Source: Nitrospiraceae bacterium (GTDB taxonomy: Bacteria > Nitrospirota > Nitrospiria > Nitrospirales > Nitrospiraceae). From it: 64,000 nt of DNA. Below are positions 60,983 to 64,000 of this stretch, piece after piece (position 1 is the stretch's first letter; the number at the start of each line of letters is the position of its first letter). Position numbers and translations under genes: made by a program. Where the stretch lies: NCBI GenBank assembly GCA_050246315.1, contig JBFWWG010000002.1, forward strand, positions 192,001 through 256,000, written 5' to 3'. The notes beneath the pieces are model-generated. The model had not been told where the DNA came from and did not search any database. It saw only the letters and a list, made by a program, of their open reading frames with translations.

Positions 60983-62125
60983 ATGGACGCCGCCACACTG
61001 CAGCGAAGCCTGGCCAACCGCACGATGCTGATCGTCGATGATGAGGAACCGATTCGAAAGCTGCTGTCCGCTCTGCTGGAACGGCACGGCTATAGCTGCA
61101 TCACCGCAGCAGACTCACGAGATGCCCGAGCCAAGCTCAGCGAACAGGAGGTGGCCATCGTCCTGTGCGACGTCAATATGCCCGGCGAGTCTGGAATGGA
61201 CCTGGTGCGGCACATTCTCCATAATGACGCCACCATCGCCGCCATCATGGTGACTGGCCTCGACAGTCCCGTCCTGGCCAATGCCGCGCTGGACATGGGG
61301 GCCTTCGGCTATATCATCAAGCCGTTCGAAACCAACGAAGTCTTGATTAGCGTCTCCAATGCGCTCCGCCGCCGCAGGCTCGAAATCGAAAACCGCGCGC
61401 ATTGCGAAAACCTCGAACAAATGGTGCGGACCCGAACCGTGGCGCTCCAGCAGGCGTTGGAATGGCTGGAGCGGAGCGAGAAGGAACTGCGTTTCTCGCG
61501 AGAAGAAACCATCCAACGACTGGCCATCGCCGCCGAGTTCCGAGACCACTCAACTGCCAAGCACATCCAACGCATGAGCCGCTATTGTGAATTGCTGGCG
61601 CGTCGATTCGGTGTACCGGACGAACAGTGCGACCTCATCCGCACGGCCAGCCCGATGCACGATATCGGTAAGATCGGCATCCCCGACCATATTCTCCTGA
61701 AGCCGGGCAAATTCACCCCGGAGGAATTCAGTATCATCGCGCAACATGCGGAGATTGGCTACCGCATCCTCAGCGGTTCCGATGCGGAACTTTTAAAGGT
61801 CGCGGCCGTTATTGCTTGGACCCATCATGAGCGGTTCGACGGCACGGGATATCCCCGGAAATTGCAAGGCACGGACATTCCCCTAGAAGGCCGCATCACC
61901 GCCATTGCGGACTCGTTCGATGCGCTCACGACCCAGCGTGTCTACAAGCCGGCTTATGCCGTCAGCCACGTCGTGGATCTCATGCGACAGCAACGCGGCG
62001 CCCATTTTGACCCGGGGCTGCTGGACGTCTTTCTTGATTCAATGGAGGACGTCCTCCGGATTCAGAAGGAATATCCGGACGCGCTCGGAGCGGCTGCGGT
62101 GACGTTCAATGAGTCGCCCATTTGA
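60983..62125 (+). CDS. Response regulator with HD-GYP c-di-GMP phosphodiesterase domain (RpfG-like)
   Basis: REC (IVDDE, CDVNMP, KPF), MHDIGK, HHERFDGTGYP. Confidence 0.92.
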   Translation: MDAATLQRSLANRTMLIVDDEEPIRKLLSALLERHGYSCITAADSRDARAKLSEQEVAIVLCDVNMPGESGMDLVRHILHNDATIAAIMVTGLDSPVLANAALDMGAFGYIIKPFETNEVLISVSNALRRRRLEIENRAHCENLEQMVRTRTVALQQALEWLERSEKELRFSREETIQRLAIAAEFRDHSTAKHIQRMSRYCELLARRFGVPDEQCDLIRTASPMHDIGKIGIPDHILLKPGKFTPEEFSIIAQHAEIGYRILSGSDAELLKVAAVIAWTHHERFDGTGYPRKLQGTDIPLEGRITAIADSFDALTTQRVYKPAYAVSHVVDLMRQQRGAHFDPGLLDVFLDSMEDVLRIQKEYPDALGAAAVTFNESPI

Positions 62126-62275
62126 CGGCACCATCCGCCATCCGATAGAGTTCGTCATCCCGTTCTGATCTTGCCGAGAAGACCGATGATGACCGCCGAA
62201 GCCACCTCACCGCACTTGCCCAATCATGACCGATCCTCCCTGTCGACTTCTTAACCTCCTGAGCACGACGCACAA

Positions 62276-62782
62276 ATGCAATGTCCCCGCCATTGGCTGT
62301 CCTATGTGTGCGAGTCCGTGATCGAGGCCGGGGAACTGCCTTCCTGGGAAGCGGTACCCTATTTCTGCGACCGGCTCTTCAGTGAACACCCCAATCCGTC
62401 CATTCTCCAGGCCGAGAGGCCCTATGAGGCGTCGCAAACGCTCCTTCAGCGGCTCTATCGCCCGATCGTTGAAGCCGCTGCCCGAGAAGTCGAGATACCG
62501 TCCTCGGCCATGCTCCATGTCTTCGTAGATGTGAGCCTCACCGGGAAGTCGGCCGTGCTGGTCGTCTATTTCCCGGGTCAAAATCGCCCTCATCACCTGT
62601 TGATGCTTGATGCCGTCAGGACATGGGATCTGGTGTTCAAGAACACGATGGTGTTCAACGAGTGGGCCGAAGAGCGGGCCAAGTGGGTGGCGGAAGGATT
62701 GCGGTCGGCGGTCGCTTCATCCCAAACGGATCTCCTTGACCAGACCATTTCCTACCGGCTAGCGTCTCTCTCTGGCTCATAG
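62276..62782 (+). CDS. Hypothetical protein
   Basis: 168-aa ORF filling the gap; no recognised motif; overlaps the metH end by 31 nt. Confidence 0.4.
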   Translation: MQCPRHWLSYVCESVIEAGELPSWEAVPYFCDRLFSEHPNPSILQAERPYEASQTLLQRLYRPIVEAAAREVEIPSSAMLHVFVDVSLTGKSAVLVVYFPGQNRPHHLLMLDAVRTWDLVFKNTMVFNEWAEERAKWVAEGLRSAVASSQTDLLDQTISYRLASLSGS

Positions 62783-64000
62783 CCTAAATTCGGCGCGAGC
62801 CAACGTTCAATTTCTGCGACCGTCATCCCCTTTCGACGCGCGTAGTCCTCCACTTGATCCCGTCCGATCTTGCCGACGCCGAAGTAGCGTGCCTCCGGAT
62901 GGGCAAAGTACCACCCGCTGACCGACGCGGCCGGATACATGGCCAACGACTCCGTTAGCGTGATCGAGGCATGCTTCTCTGCCTGGAGCAGGTCGAAGAT
63001 CAACCGCTTCTCCGTATGGTCCGGGCTGGCTGGATAGCCGGGCGCCGGCCTGATGCCCCGATACCGTTCACGGATCAGTTCCTCGTTGCTCAGCCGTTCG
63101 TCCTCACCGTATCCCCATTCGCGCCGGACCCGGAGGTGTAGATATTCCGCAAACGCCTCGGCCAGCCGATCGGCCAAGGCCTTGGCCATGATCGAATTGT
63201 AGTCGTCATGGTCGCGTTCGAACCGTTCGCAGAGCGCTTCGATGCCGATCCCGGCGGTCACGGCGAACGCGCCGACAAAATCCTGCCGACCGGCATCCTT
63301 GGGCGCCACGAAATCCGCTAGCGCCAAATGGGGCTGATCGGTCGGCTTTTCGGATTGCTGCCGCAGAGTATGGACGGTTGTGAGCACCCGGATGCGGGCT
63401 TCATCGGCATAGACCTCGATGTCATCCCCCACGCTGTTGGCCGGAAACAGCCCGTAGACTCCCTTCGCGGTCAAGAGCTTGCGGGCGACAATGTCCTTCA
63501 GCAACCGTTGGGCGTCGTCGAACAATTCCTTAGCCTTGGGTCCCACCGTCGCGTCCTGAAAGATTGTCGGATAGCGGCCTCGCAGTTCCCACGTATGGAA
63601 GAAAGGCGTCCAATCGATATACTCGACCAACGCCTCCAGCGGCTGGTGTTCGATCACCCGGACCCCGCATCGTGCCGGAGACGGCACATCAAGGGCGGCC
63701 CAGTCGGTTACGAACTTCCTGGCCCGCGCTTCTGCGAGAGGCGCCAGATGTTTCGGGCCTCGGTCCTGATGAGCCTGCCTGATCTGGTCCTGGTCGAGCC
63801 GAATCTGCTCGGTGAATCGCGCGCGATCGACGGGATTCATCAGTTGCCCCAATACCCCGACGGCCCGGGACGCATCCAGCACATGCACCACCGGTTCCCC
63901 ATAGGCCGGCGCAATCTTCACGGCCGTGTGGGCCTTGCTGGTGGTGGCGCCGCCGATCAGCAGCGGAATCTTGAACCCTTCGCGATTCATCTCTCGGGCC
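62752..64000 (-). CDS. metH: Cobalamin-dependent methionine synthase, C-terminal part (5' end outside the window)
   Basis: [41 protein letters not shown]. Confidence 0.95.
   Translation of the reverse strand, partial: AREMNREGFKIPLLIGGATTSKAHTAVKIAPAYGEPVVHVLDASRAVGVLGQLMNPVDRARFTEQIRLDQDQIRQAHQDRGPKHLAPLAEARARKFVTDWAALDVPSPARCGVRVIEHQPLEALVEYIDWTPFFHTWELRGRYPTIFQDATVGPKAKELFDDAQRLLKDIVARKLLTAKGVYGLFPANSVGDDIEVYADEARIRVLTTVHTLRQQSEKPTDQPHLALADFVAPKDAGRQDFVGAFAVTAGIGIEALCERFERDHDDYNSIMAKALADRLAEAFAEYLHLRVRREWGYGEDERLSNEELIRERYRGIRPAPGYPASPDHTEKRLIFDLLQAEKHASITLTESLAMYPAASVSGWYFAHPEARYFGVGKIGRDQVEDYARRKGMTVAEIERWLAPNLGYEPERDASR

Overview
64-kb window of a high-GC bacterial chromosome; the gene content and intergenic repeat style suggest Nitrospira/Nitrospirota (inference). 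Most of it is housekeeping: trpG/trpE, ligA, rlpA, nrdJ with tandem NrdR boxes, ampG, mtaB-miaB, mutY-mutT, lon, msrB, Prx6, tRNA-Arg/tRNA-Pro, rdgB-rph and the 3' part of metH. Two regions stand out. (1) An integrase-less accessory islet at ~35.1-42.4 kb next to msrB. It contains a 77-bp duplication of the msrB 3' end, three ~112-116-bp repeats ending in a G(A/C)CCCCATT motif, a truncated hicB, a decayed SnoaL-like cassette, a 1276-aa Dsr1-type sirtuin gene between two 60-bp attC-like sites, a DUF2281/MazF-type TA pair, and a DUF900 hydrolase flanked by MITE ends. (2) A 48.7-57.3-kb locus: TPR/Sel1 protein, membrane-bound CHASE2-sigma54 activator, a -24/-12 promoter, OmpA-like protein, VIT/vWA protein with an LPQTA sorting signal, and a Gram-negative-type sortase. 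It looks like a dedicated sortase system under sigma54 one-component control. Also present: a form IV RuBisCO-like gene coupled to a radical SAM gene, a (C)TAG-anchored MITE family and several unannotated small ORFs. All calls come from reading motifs by eye; no database searches were run.
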